From IMG/VR virus record IMGVR_UViG_3300037420_000914: 64,000 bases of DNA; one strand, written 5' to 3'. Shown here piece after piece: positions 35,560 through 45,298 of this stretch. The stretch comes from an uncultured virus (IMG/VR IMGVR_UViG_3300037420_000914) (Duplodnaviria > Heunggongvirae > Uroviricota > Caudoviricetes). The notes under the pieces are model-generated. The model was not told the DNA's origin, did not search any database, and saw only the letters and a list, made by a program, of their open reading frames with translations. How positions within the stretch are numbered: the first letter of the stretch is position 1; each line of letters begins with the position of its first letter. The translations under genes were made by a program, and so were the position numbers.

Positions 35560-35921
35560 GTGCGGACTTGGAGCTCGTAAAGGACGTTGGTGCCGGCCGG
35601 GCCGAGAACCTTGACGCTGATGGCGGTGTAGCTCTTTCCGCCCCACGAAAGGACGGAGCCGGGCTTGGGCTCAGTGATCCCCTGCGCGCTGACGTACGCC
35701 TGCTCATCGCCTGTGAGGATCAGCGTGCCGTCGACGAACTTGTCCGCGTACGGGAAGACGGCGGCCGTCACGGTGTCGACCGTTGCTGCGGCAGGCGTTG
35801 CCGTGCCTGTGGCCGGATCGTAGGCTGGTGCCGTGTCGCTGGGCGTGGTCAGCGTCGTCGTGGCGCCGTACTTCGCCAGCATCCTCTGCACGGTGGCGAT
35901 GGCGCGGGTGTAGAGGGTCAT
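35556..35921 (-). CDS. Head closure / head-tail joining protein
   Basis: YDPATG...VDGTLILTGD...PAGTNVLYELQVR. Confidence 0.8.
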   Translation of the reverse strand: MTLYTRAIATVQRMLAKYGATTTLTTPSDTAPAYDPATGTATPAAATVDTVTAAVFPYADKFVDGTLILTGDEQAYVSAQGITEPKPGSVLSWGGKSYTAISVKVLGPAGTNVLYELQVRT

Positions 35922-36289
35922 TGCGACAGCCTTGTCTTCGAGTAGGCCGCGATCAGCTCGCTGGATATTCGCTGAATCGCGTAAGCCTCTGTCTCGCGCG
36001 ACGGATTGCTGTCGCCGACGTGCTGGCACATCTCCTGCCAAACGTGGACGGCCTCGTGCACGAGCAGGCAGACGATGCCAAGCGGATCCTTGCCGTCCAG
36101 GCGGTCAGCAAGAGTCACGTAGACGCGCAGCTTGCCGTCATTCTCGAAGGCCATGGTCCGAGCATCCGATGCGGGATAGTCGTCCGAAGCGTTCAGTCGG
36201 CGCATCTCCGCGCGCCACGCTCTTTCGTTTGGGACAAAGGCGTATGGGACCGGATACCAGCCCTGCCGACACCACACCACCTTGCTCAT
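35918..36289 (-). CDS. Small HEXXH zincin-like protein
   Basis: LLVHEAVH...ETEAY. Confidence 0.65.
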   Translation of the reverse strand: MSKVVWCRQGWYPVPYAFVPNERAWRAEMRRLNASDDYPASDARTMAFENDGKLRVYVTLADRLDGKDPLGIVCLLVHEAVHVWQEMCQHVGDSNPSRETEAYAIQRISSELIAAYSKTRLSQ

Positions 36290-36603
36290 ACCATTGACTT
36301 GAAGACACCGCGCAGGAACCGCTGCAGGCCGACCTCGTCGCGCTCGCGGTACAGGAACAGCGCCTCGTTCACCCAGCCCTCGATGTTGTGGGCCGGTACG
36401 TGATCGCCGCTCTTGGTGGCCGGAATGCGCGAGATCATTTCCACGCGAGACTTGCAGATGCACGCTGCAATGGAGCGGTGGCACACCTGGCACACACCAG
36501 CCGCTGTCTTCGGGATGACGATGTGCGGCTTGTCGCAGTCGCAGCCCACCAGATGGCAATGAGGACAGGTCAGCTCCTCTTCGCTGACAAGATCGCGGCT
36601 CAT
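36286..36603 (-). CDS. Cys-rich hypothetical protein
   Basis: CPHC..GCDC, CQVC...CIC; coupled at both ends. Confidence 0.5.
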   Translation of the reverse strand: MSRDLVSEEELTCPHCHLVGCDCDKPHIVIPKTAAGVCQVCHRSIAACICKSRVEMISRIPATKSGDHVPAHNIEGWVNEALFLYRERDEVGLQRFLRGVFKSMV

Positions 36604-37127
36604 GCCCGTCTCACCGGAATGGATCCGCTGGAGCCCTCCAGCAAGGGCGACAGCATGGCTTCGATCTGCGGATAGGCTTTGGTCTGGCGCGCGCCCTGAG
36701 CGTAGCGCGTGGTAATCGGACCTACCGTCTCTTCTATCACAGGCGGCTCCAGGTCGCCCAGCAGGTCGCCGTCGATCGCGCGCAAGGCGAGTTCGGCGCA
36801 GGCGCGAGCGACCAGTGCAGGAACCGAGTCGGATGGGTAAAACGGCGCGTAGCCGTACATCCCGCCGACGGCGTCCTTGATTGGCACCGCATACCGAGGC
36901 CAATCAAGGGCCTGATCCATCGAAACGCGAAAGCCTGCCCATCTCTCACGGTAGGCGCTGACCATGTAGTCGGTCGCCTTCCTGAGCATCTGCTCGCGGA
37001 TGGTGTCGCTGGCAAGGCCCGCCCACCCCGCATTACCGCGCGCGGTGTGATAGGTGGATGCGTCAGCAACGCTGATGTAGCTCTCGGCGTCGGCCTTGGC
37101 GGTGCCGTCTTCGACTTCAATGGCCAT
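36600..37127 (-). CDS. Head-tail adaptor (DnaT-like family)
   Basis: VEDGT...AESYISVADA...QALDWPR...ETVGPITTRY. Confidence 0.85.
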   Translation of the reverse strand: MAIEVEDGTAKADAESYISVADASTYHTARGNAGWAGLASDTIREQMLRKATDYMVSAYRERWAGFRVSMDQALDWPRYAVPIKDAVGGMYGYAPFYPSDSVPALVARACAELALRAIDGDLLGDLEPPVIEETVGPITTRYAQGARQTKAYPQIEAMLSPLLEGSSGSIPVRRA

Positions 37128-37188
37128 GCGTACCTCCGCGCAGCGTGCTCTGCAAAGCGCCCGACGGGCGCTTCACGCAGCAGCAGGC

Positions 37189-37353
37189 TCAGATGACCGG
37201 CCTCCAGCCAGCCTTTTTATGGGCCTCGACGCACGAGGGGTGAACTTCGATCACCTCACCATCCTTGACCATCGGAACAAGGCCGTTGTCGACCCGCTTC
37301 TCTGGAACTTGGACTTCGGTGGCGGTGTTCGGCGTACTCTTGACTCGCGGCAT
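37189..37353 (-). CDS. Small head-associated hypothetical protein
   Basis: EVHPSCVEAHKKAGW after capsid gene; AAGGA RBS. Confidence 0.6.
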   Translation of the reverse strand: MPRVKSTPNTATEVQVPEKRVDNGLVPMVKDGEVIEVHPSCVEAHKKAGWRPVI

Positions 37354-37411
37354 CGTGGTTTCCTTCGTGCGTTCAAGGAGCCGGGAGCACAAAGCCCCCG
37401 GCCACCCTTCA

Positions 37412-38575
37412 TCAGCCCATCAGGGTCGCGATGTGCGCGTCCTTGACGGCCTGTGCGCCCCACGCCAGACGAACGTGGTAAACCAACTGCATGAACTGGC
37501 GATACACGGCGATCTCGAACGCGATGCCCGAAACCGGATCGACCACCGTGAGGATGTCGTCGGCCATGTCCATCGCCCTGCCATCCGGCCCGATGGGCAT
37601 CTGCGGCACGCGCGTGATGAGCTGAACCGCCGACTTGGAGAACGCCATGTTAGGCGTGTAGCTGTTGCCGATGGTCATCGCGTTGGCCGTGGCAATCGTC
37701 ACCAGCGCACCCGGGTTGTTCAGGCTGATCGTGCCGGGTGCCGACACACCCGTACCCACAACGTACTTGTTGTTGCTGTCAGCCGCGAACGTCACCACGT
37801 CACCAGCCAGCACCGTGCCCGTACCCGTCACCAGGGCGATATCGGTCACGCCTGCGGCCGTGGAGCCAGACGTGACGTAGCTCGCACCCGTGCCCTTGGT
37901 CACTTGGGCGACGGAGTTGGAGTTGTGCACGTCGAAGCCTTCCAGCCGGCCAAGCACGCCATCGCGCAGGAGGCTGTCCGTGCCGGCCTCGTTCACCTTG
38001 AACAGAACCGACTGCTTGCCGCGCAGGTTCTGCATGGCGGCCGAGCCGACCACCAGTTGCAGATCGCTTTGCGGGGAACCGTTGTCGTCCAGGATGCGAC
38101 GCACGCCAGCGATGTCGCTCAGATCGCCCGCGGTCCCGAAGGGAGCGGTGCCGGCGGCACCATAGGCGCGGGATGCGTTCTGGTAGGTCGTGGCGAAGAG
38201 GTCAGCCTCGATCAGGTTCGTCAGCGTGCGGAACGCCTGCACGAACTGGCCGCGCAGGATGCCAGCGTAGGAGCCTGCATTGATCAGGCCTTTCTGCTCT
38301 TCCCCGTTCCAGCGGATCGGAACGTGCTTGGACTTGTTGATGGTCATCGACACGTTCGTGATCGTCTGGTCGCCCGTGTTGGGCGCCGTCACAGCGGCCG
38401 TGTTGTCGGCAGCAGTGGAAGCCGGGGTGACCGGAACCAGGATCGACTGGTTCAGCGCGGCGCGTTCAGCGCTGGAGTTGCGCGTGACGGCGGGGATGAA
38501 GCCAACCATCTCGCGCGAGACGACATCGAGCGCCTCGTAGATGGTGGGGATAAGAGAGGTCAGAGTATTGGCCAT
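37412..38575 (-). CDS. Major capsid protein (P22 coat-like family)
   Basis: MANTLTSLIP..YEALDVVSRE.VGFIPAV; follows scaffold. Confidence 0.9.
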   Translation of the reverse strand: MANTLTSLIPTIYEALDVVSREMVGFIPAVTRNSSAERAALNQSILVPVTPASTAADNTAAVTAPNTGDQTITNVSMTINKSKHVPIRWNGEEQKGLINAGSYAGILRGQFVQAFRTLTNLIEADLFATTYQNASRAYGAAGTAPFGTAGDLSDIAGVRRILDDNGSPQSDLQLVVGSAAMQNLRGKQSVLFKVNEAGTDSLLRDGVLGRLEGFDVHNSNSVAQVTKGTGASYVTSGSTAAGVTDIALVTGTGTVLAGDVVTFAADSNNKYVVGTGVSAPGTISLNNPGALVTIATANAMTIGNSYTPNMAFSKSAVQLITRVPQMPIGPDGRAMDMADDILTVVDPVSGIAFEIAVYRQFMQLVYHVRLAWGAQAVKDAHIATLMG

Positions 38576-38589
38576 GGGGGTCTTTCGGG

Positions 38590-38616
38590 AAAAGAAAAAG
38601 CCCGCTCATGGCGGGC
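38590..38616 (-). terminator. Terminator-like hairpin between scaffold and capsid genes
   Basis: GCCCGC-CATGA-GCGGGC followed by TTTTTCTTTT on minus strand. Confidence 0.6.
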
Positions 38617-38642
38617 CGTGGATTGAGGAGACGTGCGCAGGA

Positions 38643-39425
38643 TCAGTCGGTGATCGTCGTGTCCTTGACCGCGGCCGCCTGCGCTGCCGGGTCGAGTGCC
38701 TGGAACTGGGCTCGAGTCATCGACTTCTTCCCGCCAGCACCGCCAGAACTTCCATTGGCCCCGCCACCGGACGCGCCCGAGCCCCGAAGGATCATTTCCT
38801 TGTTGGGGTAGGCGTTCACCATGACGGAGATGGCTTCCTCGAAATCGGCATGCTCGCCATGGCGCGTCGCGGAGAAGATCGGATTGCCAACCGGGTCCAT
38901 GGGGACCAGCTTGCCGTTTTCGACCTTGAAGCGATCGCCGAAGACCTTCTGCGCGATGTCCGCCGGAATGGCGAGCTTCTCGCTGATGAACTTCGAGCTG
39001 GCGAAACTTCCGCCGACAATGTGACTATTCAACTGGTTGGTCAGCGTCGCGTTCTGCTCGGAAAGAGCTTTCTCGCGCGCCTCCGCAGCACGGGTCGCAT
39101 CCGCAACCGCCTGCTTGGCCGACGCCGCAGCCGCGTCCTTGATTTCCTGGACCTTGCCGGCAGCAACCAGTTCGCCGTCCTTGATGTTCTTGACGGTCTC
39201 CAGCGCCTTGCGGGCAGCCTCAGCATCGTCAATGCCCTCAAAGGCTTTGAGCCTGGTCTCCGCCGCCTCCTTCGCCTCGCGATGAGACTTGGCTTCACCG
39301 TTCAGCCGCGAGATGGTCGCCACAGTCGCCGCAGCGTCGTGGGCCACCTCCCGGCCGTCGTCCAGAACATAGACGGGCTTGCCGTCCTGAACCACCACAT
39401 TGCCGTTTTCGAGTTTGAGTTTCAT
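38643..39425 (-). CDS. Capsid scaffolding protein (DUF6651-like)
   Basis: MKLKL...DGKPVYV...ISRLNGEAKSHRE...ADFEEA. Confidence 0.85.
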   Translation of the reverse strand: MKLKLENGNVVVQDGKPVYVLDDGREVAHDAAATVATISRLNGEAKSHREAKEAAETRLKAFEGIDDAEAARKALETVKNIKDGELVAAGKVQEIKDAAAASAKQAVADATRAAEAREKALSEQNATLTNQLNSHIVGGSFASSKFISEKLAIPADIAQKVFGDRFKVENGKLVPMDPVGNPIFSATRHGEHADFEEAISVMVNAYPNKEMILRGSGASGGGANGSSGGAGGKKSMTRAQFQALDPAAQAAAVKDTTITD

Positions 39426-39516
39426 GGGATTTGCTGTTTCCTCGGGTCATCCGACCCTCAGTGCGGGAGCGGCATCCGCCGCGGTGCGCCCTACTCCGCT
39501 TCCACGTTTCAGGCAT

Positions 39517-39550
39517 GAAAAAGCCGCCCTGCGGTTGCCCGAGGCGGCTT
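39517..39550 (-). terminator. Terminator-like hairpin upstream of scaffold gene
   Basis: AAGCCGCC...GGCGGCTT followed by T-run on minus strand. Confidence 0.6.
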
Positions 39551-39576
39551 GTCTTGGGCGGCCTGTCGGCCAGTGT

Positions 39577-39837
39577 TCAGGTAGCGAGCTTCACGCCCGG
39601 TTGCATCGGAACGATGACGCCTCGCTTGTAGCAGTCCGCGCAGACGTCGGTATCGATCTTGGTTCCGTGCTGGCGCCGGCCGTCTTTGACGAGGACGCCG
39701 TTTTCGGTATTCAGCACCGTGCGCCCGCCGCAGCGGTTGCACTGCAGGATGCCGTCAGGCTTGGGCATCGCCCGCACGCGTGCGCGCGAGCGCTCGTTCG
39801 CATCAGGCCGGGAAGGTGGGACCAGTTCAAGCGGCAC
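39577..39837 (-). CDS. Zinc-ribbon hypothetical protein
   Basis: CNRCGG...CADC. Confidence 0.6.
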   Translation of the reverse strand: MPLELVPPSRPDANERSRARVRAMPKPDGILQCNRCGGRTVLNTENGVLVKDGRRQHGTKIDTDVCADCYKRGVIVPMQPGVKLAT

Positions 39838-39844
39838 AGCGCCA

Positions 39845-40963
39845 CTATACGCCGGCTCGGGTGAATGCCCTCGCGTCTCGCTGGCGTAGCTCATCAACGG
39901 TAAGGTAGGACCCTCGGTTGTTGTAGAACGAATCCAGCTCCAGGCCGCCGTCGCGAAACAGCTTGCCACGAGTGGGACCGAGAATCTCATCCTGCCTGGC
40001 CGCACTCTGCTTGCGCAGCCACTGGGCGTACGTCATCTCCTCTGGCACCTCGCCATCCATGCTCGCGCGCGTGCTGGGGCTGAATTCCTCGATGTCGACG
40101 CCCGTGAGCTGCTTCCAACTCTTCGTCACTGGCGTGCTGGTGGACCTGCAGCACCAGTGCAGCGCACCGGGTCCGGCCCCCCAGGGGATGGCGTGTCCGA
40201 TCGGCTTGTGCGTGTCCTGTGTGTACTGCTTGCCATCGCGGATCCTGCACATCGGGGTTGTGCGGTTGTCCAGGGTGCTGACCCACTGAAGCGCCGCGAT
40301 GACCTTTGAATTGGCCTCGTAGAACCGATCACGCGTGAAGGCCGCCGTATGGCTGATGGCCGTCCTGACCACAGCTTCCGTTTCCGTGCGGCTGCGGTTG
40401 AAGATGCCGTCTTCGTAGCGCAGCGCCCTCGTGCCGCGCAGTTTCCGCACAATGGTGCCGGTCGGCTCGCCGGAAACGTAACCCTGCGCGATCGTCTCGC
40501 GGATGCGCTTCGCGCGCGTGGCCTCCAAGTCGGCGAGAACGCCGCGCAGCAGCACACCCTGAAAGGGCCTTGCCATCGCCGCGGCGTACACCTGCTCGAT
40601 GTTGATCGGCGCAATGCCGACCTGCGCAACCACTTCCCCGGGCAGCGCATGGCGCATCAGCCCGGTCTGGAAATCCGCCTCGTACACCGTCAGGTCGTGC
40701 AGGTCAGCGGTGAGCTCGCGCTGCACGGCTTCGTAGGCTTGCCGGTTCACCGCCCGCACCGAGTAAAGCAGGCCTTCGAGGTGATCGACAGTGAAGGAAT
40801 CGGCCGGCAGGCGCTCCAGTGCAGCTATCAGGTCCGCGAAGAGTTGCGCATCCGTGCGGTTCAGGACCGCGATGATGCGGTGAACGACTCCGTTCGAATA
40901 GTGCTGCAGGTCGACCGCGTGGTTGATCGCGGCGTCGTGCAGCGCCTCATTGACCGTTGGCAC
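39845..40963 (-). CDS. Minor head protein (SPP1 gp7 / Mu F family)
   Basis: VVRTA, WVSTLDNRTT.MC..RDG, HWCCRS. Confidence 0.9.
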   Translation of the reverse strand: MPTVNEALHDAAINHAVDLQHYSNGVVHRIIAVLNRTDAQLFADLIAALERLPADSFTVDHLEGLLYSVRAVNRQAYEAVQRELTADLHDLTVYEADFQTGLMRHALPGEVVAQVGIAPINIEQVYAAAMARPFQGVLLRGVLADLEATRAKRIRETIAQGYVSGEPTGTIVRKLRGTRALRYEDGIFNRSRTETEAVVRTAISHTAAFTRDRFYEANSKVIAALQWVSTLDNRTTPMCRIRDGKQYTQDTHKPIGHAIPWGAGPGALHWCCRSTSTPVTKSWKQLTGVDIEEFSPSTRASMDGEVPEEMTYAQWLRKQSAARQDEILGPTRGKLFRDGGLELDSFYNNRGSYLTVDELRQRDARAFTRAGV

Positions 40964-42395
40964 CGGGGCCTCCGACCGGCGGCTCGTTCATCGTGCCCAG
41001 CGCCGGGCCTTCGGCCTCGATCTTGGCCTGCTCTTCTTCGAACGGGACGCCCTGCTGGGCGATCTCGCCGCGCTGCAGGTTGTCGTACAGCGTCTCGTGG
41101 CTGATCGCGCCAGCCTGCCACGACTGCACCAGCGCCAGCAGCTCCTGCGCCGAAAGGCCAGTGGGCAGATAGTCGGTGTTCAGTTCGACCTTGGCTTCTT
41201 CCTGCACGCCCCCCCACTGCGCACACCAGTTCAGCGCTCTGCTGATCGCCTGGCTCGCACCGATGGCAAGGGAGGCGAGCACGCCGTTTTCGCCCGAGCG
41301 GTGAATGGCCGCCGTCTCCGCAGCTTCCGCCGTGCGCTTCTGTGCTCCCAGCAGGCGCGCACCGAGCGCGGCCATCATCTCTTCTTTCTTCTCCAGGCGC
41401 TTTTCCAGTCCGCCGAGGCCCGCCCCGGTGAACTCCATGAAGTACGCCTTGGCCTGCGTATTCTCGAAGGCCTTTACGATCGAGCTACCCAGCGCGAACG
41501 TCTCGCCCGTATCGAAAGTGTGCCCCGTCACAACGGGCGTCGGCAGGCCGGTGAAGTGCAGGCCGTGCTCGAGGTCGGCTGTCGTGCGGTAGTGCGACAG
41601 GTTGACATCCGCCAAGTCCAAGATCGGCGGCTTGGCCACACACACATCCATGCCCATGGGGCCGCAGATCAGGAACGGGATGAAATCCATGGGCTTGCCA
41701 CCCAGCATCGGAAAGACGGGGTAGCCCTCGACCATCTCGAATTCATCCGCCGCGCCGACCGTAGCGCCTTGCTTTTTCTGCCAAAGCTCCTGCGAATACA
41801 CGCGATTGACCAGCCGCAGCACCCGCCACTGCTGCACGCGCTGGCTGGTGTATTCGTCTTTCGCCACCTCGGCCTGCTCGAGCAGTACCACCATCGTGAG
41901 CATTGAGCGATTGCCCATGCGCTCAACCTTCCAGTTGATGATGCTTTCTGCGCAGTAGGTCTTGATGTACGGTCGCGCGCCCACGGCCCGTTCCTCAGCC
42001 AGCGTGCGCACGTTGGGCATCGGCGGGAAGTCCACCAGCAGCCCGACGCGCCCCACTTGGAGCAGCTCGTCGACCACCTTCTCACAGAAAGCGGTCAACG
42101 GCGTGTCCGCGGTGTCGACGTCCTGCTCGAGGTAGTCCGTCGCGGCAGGTACTTCAATCGAAGGCGGCCGGCGAAACACCATCCCGGAAAGACCGTCCAC
42201 CGTGCGGCCCGTGGCGCCATAGAACAGCGTGCGCTTCAGGTACGCCTGGTACTTCTGCGTGTCATAGCCCTCGGGCTTGGGCAGGTACAGCTCGCCCTTG
42301 GCGTGCACGGCATCCTGGCCTGCCATGGCATCGCGCGCGCGCTCCCATTTCGGTTTCGCGGCGGTGTAGTCGGAGTGTTCTGCGTTGACCGCCAT
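40947..42395 (-). CDS. Portal protein (DUF4055)
   Basis: YLPK...Y..YLKR...KPPILDLADVNLSHY; follows TerL. Confidence 0.9.
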   Translation of the reverse strand: MAVNAEHSDYTAAKPKWERARDAMAGQDAVHAKGELYLPKPEGYDTQKYQAYLKRTLFYGATGRTVDGLSGMVFRRPPSIEVPAATDYLEQDVDTADTPLTAFCEKVVDELLQVGRVGLLVDFPPMPNVRTLAEERAVGARPYIKTYCAESIINWKVERMGNRSMLTMVVLLEQAEVAKDEYTSQRVQQWRVLRLVNRVYSQELWQKKQGATVGAADEFEMVEGYPVFPMLGGKPMDFIPFLICGPMGMDVCVAKPPILDLADVNLSHYRTTADLEHGLHFTGLPTPVVTGHTFDTGETFALGSSIVKAFENTQAKAYFMEFTGAGLGGLEKRLEKKEEMMAALGARLLGAQKRTAEAAETAAIHRSGENGVLASLAIGASQAISRALNWCAQWGGVQEEAKVELNTDYLPTGLSAQELLALVQSWQAGAISHETLYDNLQRGEIAQQGVPFEEEQAKIEAEGPALGTMNEPPVGGPGANGQ

Positions 42396-42396
42396 A

Positions 42397-43686
42397 TCAG
42401 TGTCCCGTCAATTGGGCGCTGCTGGTGCGCTTGGGAATCGGATACCGCCGCACAAGGAAGTAGCCGACCGCGTCGTTCGGGTGGTCGTGACCTGTCGTCT
42501 TGTCCGGCTCGCCATTCCGGTCGTAAGCCTGCTGTTCCAGCGCCTCGGTAAGCGCGGGACACGCATCAGTGTTCACCAGCCAGCGGCGCTTTCCTTCCGC
42601 ATTGAGCGTCATCGCGCACACAGCATTCACGCGGTCCTTAACCGCCGGGTTCGACGGATTGACGCTGATCGAAAAACCAGCCTGTCGCAGGATCGTGAGG
42701 TCGGACTCGCTCGCGTTCTTGCTGCTCGTGTTGCCGCCGGAGGCGTCTGGATAGATCACCGCCGAATGGCCCTTCGCGACATAGCGCTCCTTGAGCAGCC
42801 GCGCCATCTCGGGCGTATCGCGCACCTTCGTCAGTTCGGCAAGCGTCAGTGGCAGGCCGTCGCGGATCACGCTCACAACCGCTGTCATGTTCAGCACGTT
42901 GAAGTCCATGCCGATGTGCAGCACCTCGCCCGTCTTGATCGTCTCACCCGTGTGATTCAGGCGCCGGTCGAAGTGCGGATAGACATTCCCCGTTGCCAAG
43001 TTGACGAACTGGCCGCGGATGTACGCATTGATCAGCTGCGGCGGGTAGCTTGCCATGAGCGCCGGGATGTAATCATCCGGCAGGTTCTTGGCGTTCTCGT
43101 AGGTGCTCGCCTGCACGATGCCGTACAGCGCGCCCAGATCCGGCTTGTCCCGCACCGCTTTGACGAACTGCTGGTAGACGAACTTGAACCCTTCGGGCGT
43201 CGTCGTCACGTCCACGCCGTTCGGCAGGCCTTCGACCTTGTAGCGCATCCGCGCGATGATCTTGCGCCACGCGAGCTGCGCCTTCTCCGTCTTCATGACG
43301 TCCAGCTCGTCCAGCAGCGCCTTGCCGATCTTGAAACCGACGATCTCGCCGGGGTGCTCCATCGAGCGGCACAGGATCGTGGTGCGGTAGATCGCTCCCG
43401 AGTAGAGGTGAACCTCCTTGTTCGACTCGTGAATGTCGCAGCTCAGGCCCCAATCATGGGCCACCTCCTCGATGGTCGGGAAGAAGATGTCCCGGATCTG
43501 CGCATAGGTCGGCGCGAAGTAACCGGCATTGACCTTCGGCCACTCCCAGGCATGCGCGCACAGGCCAGCGCTGCCACCCCAGGTCTTGCCGACCCCGAAG
43601 CCAGAAACCAGCGCCCGGTACTTCTTCTCAAGCGCCAGGAACCGCGCCTGCGGCCTATTAAGCCGCGGGCTCGGGGACGCCGGCAT
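42397..43686 (-). CDS. terL: Terminase large subunit
   Basis: SGFGVGKT Walker A, LLDE Walker B, TTTPEG, GMDFN, DHPNDA. Confidence 0.95.
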   Translation of the reverse strand: MPASPSPRLNRPQARFLALEKKYRALVSGFGVGKTWGGSAGLCAHAWEWPKVNAGYFAPTYAQIRDIFFPTIEEVAHDWGLSCDIHESNKEVHLYSGAIYRTTILCRSMEHPGEIVGFKIGKALLDELDVMKTEKAQLAWRKIIARMRYKVEGLPNGVDVTTTPEGFKFVYQQFVKAVRDKPDLGALYGIVQASTYENAKNLPDDYIPALMASYPPQLINAYIRGQFVNLATGNVYPHFDRRLNHTGETIKTGEVLHIGMDFNVLNMTAVVSVIRDGLPLTLAELTKVRDTPEMARLLKERYVAKGHSAVIYPDASGGNTSSKNASESDLTILRQAGFSISVNPSNPAVKDRVNAVCAMTLNAEGKRRWLVNTDACPALTEALEQQAYDRNGEPDKTTGHDHPNDAVGYFLVRRYPIPKRTSSAQLTGH

Positions 43687-44215
43687 CCTCGACCTGCACT
43701 GCCACCTTGACCGGCAGCACCGTGCTGTCCTCGGCGTTCAGCTGCTTGACCGTCTCCCTGTTTGCCGCCAGCAAGTTCAGCGGCGTGACGGCCGCATCGT
43801 TCGCCATCTTGGTCAGCACCGCCACATCCCGCAGCGCTTCGCGGCTCTCTTCGTTCAGCGGTGCCGCGTCGTCGATCTCCTGCACCTTGGCGTGGGCGAT
43901 GCCGGCCAGGCGATGGAAGGTTGCCGCACCGTAGTTCGCGCCTCCGGCCAGATGGTTGGAAATCGAACGCAGTTGCTCGGCTAACGAAACTGCCTGCACC
44001 TGTTCGGAAAGCGGCAGCGCCCGGAGCGCTTCCTCCGTTGCAACTATTTGATTTGCAACGGATTTAACTGTTTTTGTTCGTTTTGAAAACCGTGCAGAAA
44101 TGACCGGCTTGGACACGCCGTATTCGCGCGCCAGATCCGCCGCCTTCTCGCCTTTGAGTAGCCGCTCGCCGATCTCTTCCCACTGCTTGTCCGTGAGCTT
44201 CGAGGGTCTGCCCAT
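43658..44215 (-). CDS. terS: Terminase small subunit
   Basis: MGRPSKLT..QW HTH directly upstream of TerL. Confidence 0.8.
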   Translation of the reverse strand: MGRPSKLTDKQWEEIGERLLKGEKAADLAREYGVSKPVISARFSKRTKTVKSVANQIVATEEALRALPLSEQVQAVSLAEQLRSISNHLAGGANYGAATFHRLAGIAHAKVQEIDDAAPLNEESREALRDVAVLTKMANDAAVTPLNLLAANRETVKQLNAEDSTVLPVKVAVQVEDAGVPEPAA

Positions 44216-44559
44216 AGACGGCCTTTCGATTCGGTGTCGTCCTGCCCATGCCGACTTACCCGGGGCGCTTGTGCGCTGGTCCGGGCTGGGGGACTGATTG
44301 CGGTTTGCACGTCTCGCCAGCTGCCCACAGAGTGCGTGTGAGAAGGAGTGGTCCCGCCACTTTGTTCCCCGGGCGGGCCGCGCACTGGCTGACGCGGATG
44401 AAGAGGGGCCGGTTGAAAGGCTGGACAGACGCCCGTGCGCTAGGTGCCCTGTGCTGCGCGAGCTGCGGGGCTATGGCTTTCGGGTGTTGGGCGCTGTCCG
44501 AGCTGGGGAAGCTGTGGGCTCGCCACTGGCTATGCTGCGGGGCTCACAGGAGGAAATCT

Positions 44560-44796
44560 ATGCCTTACGTTACCGAATCTAGCGAGGTCCGCATCGTCAC
44601 CATGACCGCTGGGCCGAGCGCCGGCAAGCAGGTATTGCAGCTCACCCATCTCGTAAAAACGGCGACAGGACCAAAGCAGCAAGAGCCGCTTTTGATGATC
44701 GCGCGGGATGCCGAATCACTCGCCGAAACCCTGCTGCGCGCGGTTGCGGCGCTTCGCGGCGACTCGACTTACGACGAGGCAGGCCCGAAACACTGA
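44560..44796 (+). CDS. Hypothetical protein (moron-like, opposite strand)
   Basis: AGGAGG RBS; followed by hairpin. Confidence 0.6.
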   Translation: MPYVTESSEVRIVTMTAGPSAGKQVLQLTHLVKTATGPKQQEPLLMIARDAESLAETLLRAVAALRGDSTYDEAGPKH

Positions 44797-44824
44797 AACG
44801 AAAAAGCCCGCGAGCGGCGGGCTT
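44796..44824 (-). terminator. Intrinsic terminator (tR'-like)
   Basis: AAGCCCGC-CGCTC-GCGGGCTT followed by TTTCGTTT on minus strand. Confidence 0.75.
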
Positions 44825-45231
44825 GGTGTGATTCGCCGGGATTCCACCGGCGGCGGGATGGGGCTGGATCAGGCCCCGTCGCGTGGCATTGGCGTCTGAG
44901 ACGTCCTGCCGTTCGCGCCCTCTGGAGGCTGACCGTGCCTCACAACTCGATTTGCTCTGTCTGGCCTGGAGACGCTACCCAAGCTCCGCCGATGCGTTCG
45001 GCCTCAGACAGAGCAAAGGACAGTGGGCTGGCGGGCTTCGAACCCGGCCGGTGTATGACTTCCGGCGCCTCCGTGCTGCAGCATGGCCGCAACCCACTGA
45101 CCTTTGCGCTTTCGCAGGGCGAGCTTTGCCCCTAACTGCTACCTCCGGCCGCAACAGCTCGGAGCGTCGTTCGTAGGGCATTGCACCCGTTGTCTTGGCC
45201 CTCATAAAGCCGAAACCCTCGCGCGGGTCGT
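44825..45231 (-). ncRNA. Candidate late-leader structured RNA with tRNA-like modules
   Basis: 79-nt cloverleaf 45021-45099, 13-bp stem 44951-45018, T-loop-like hairpin 44834-44852; no credible ORF. Confidence 0.55.
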
Positions 45232-45237
45232 TGCGCG

Positions 45238-45266
45238 ATGCTAGCTCAGCAAGTCAAGAGAGTCAA
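45238..45266 (-). promoter_or_regulatory. Sigma70-type late promoter (pR'-like)
   Basis: TTGACT-N17-TAGCAT on minus strand downstream of Q-like gene. Confidence 0.6.
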
Positions 45267-45298
45267 TAGGTTTACGGCAGGCGTTCCCATCACCCGCG

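Noticed and set aside
45021..45099. Canonical tRNA-Met
   Set aside because: 10-nt loop, non-standard D arm, 4-bp T stem and no CCA; kept only as tRNA-like
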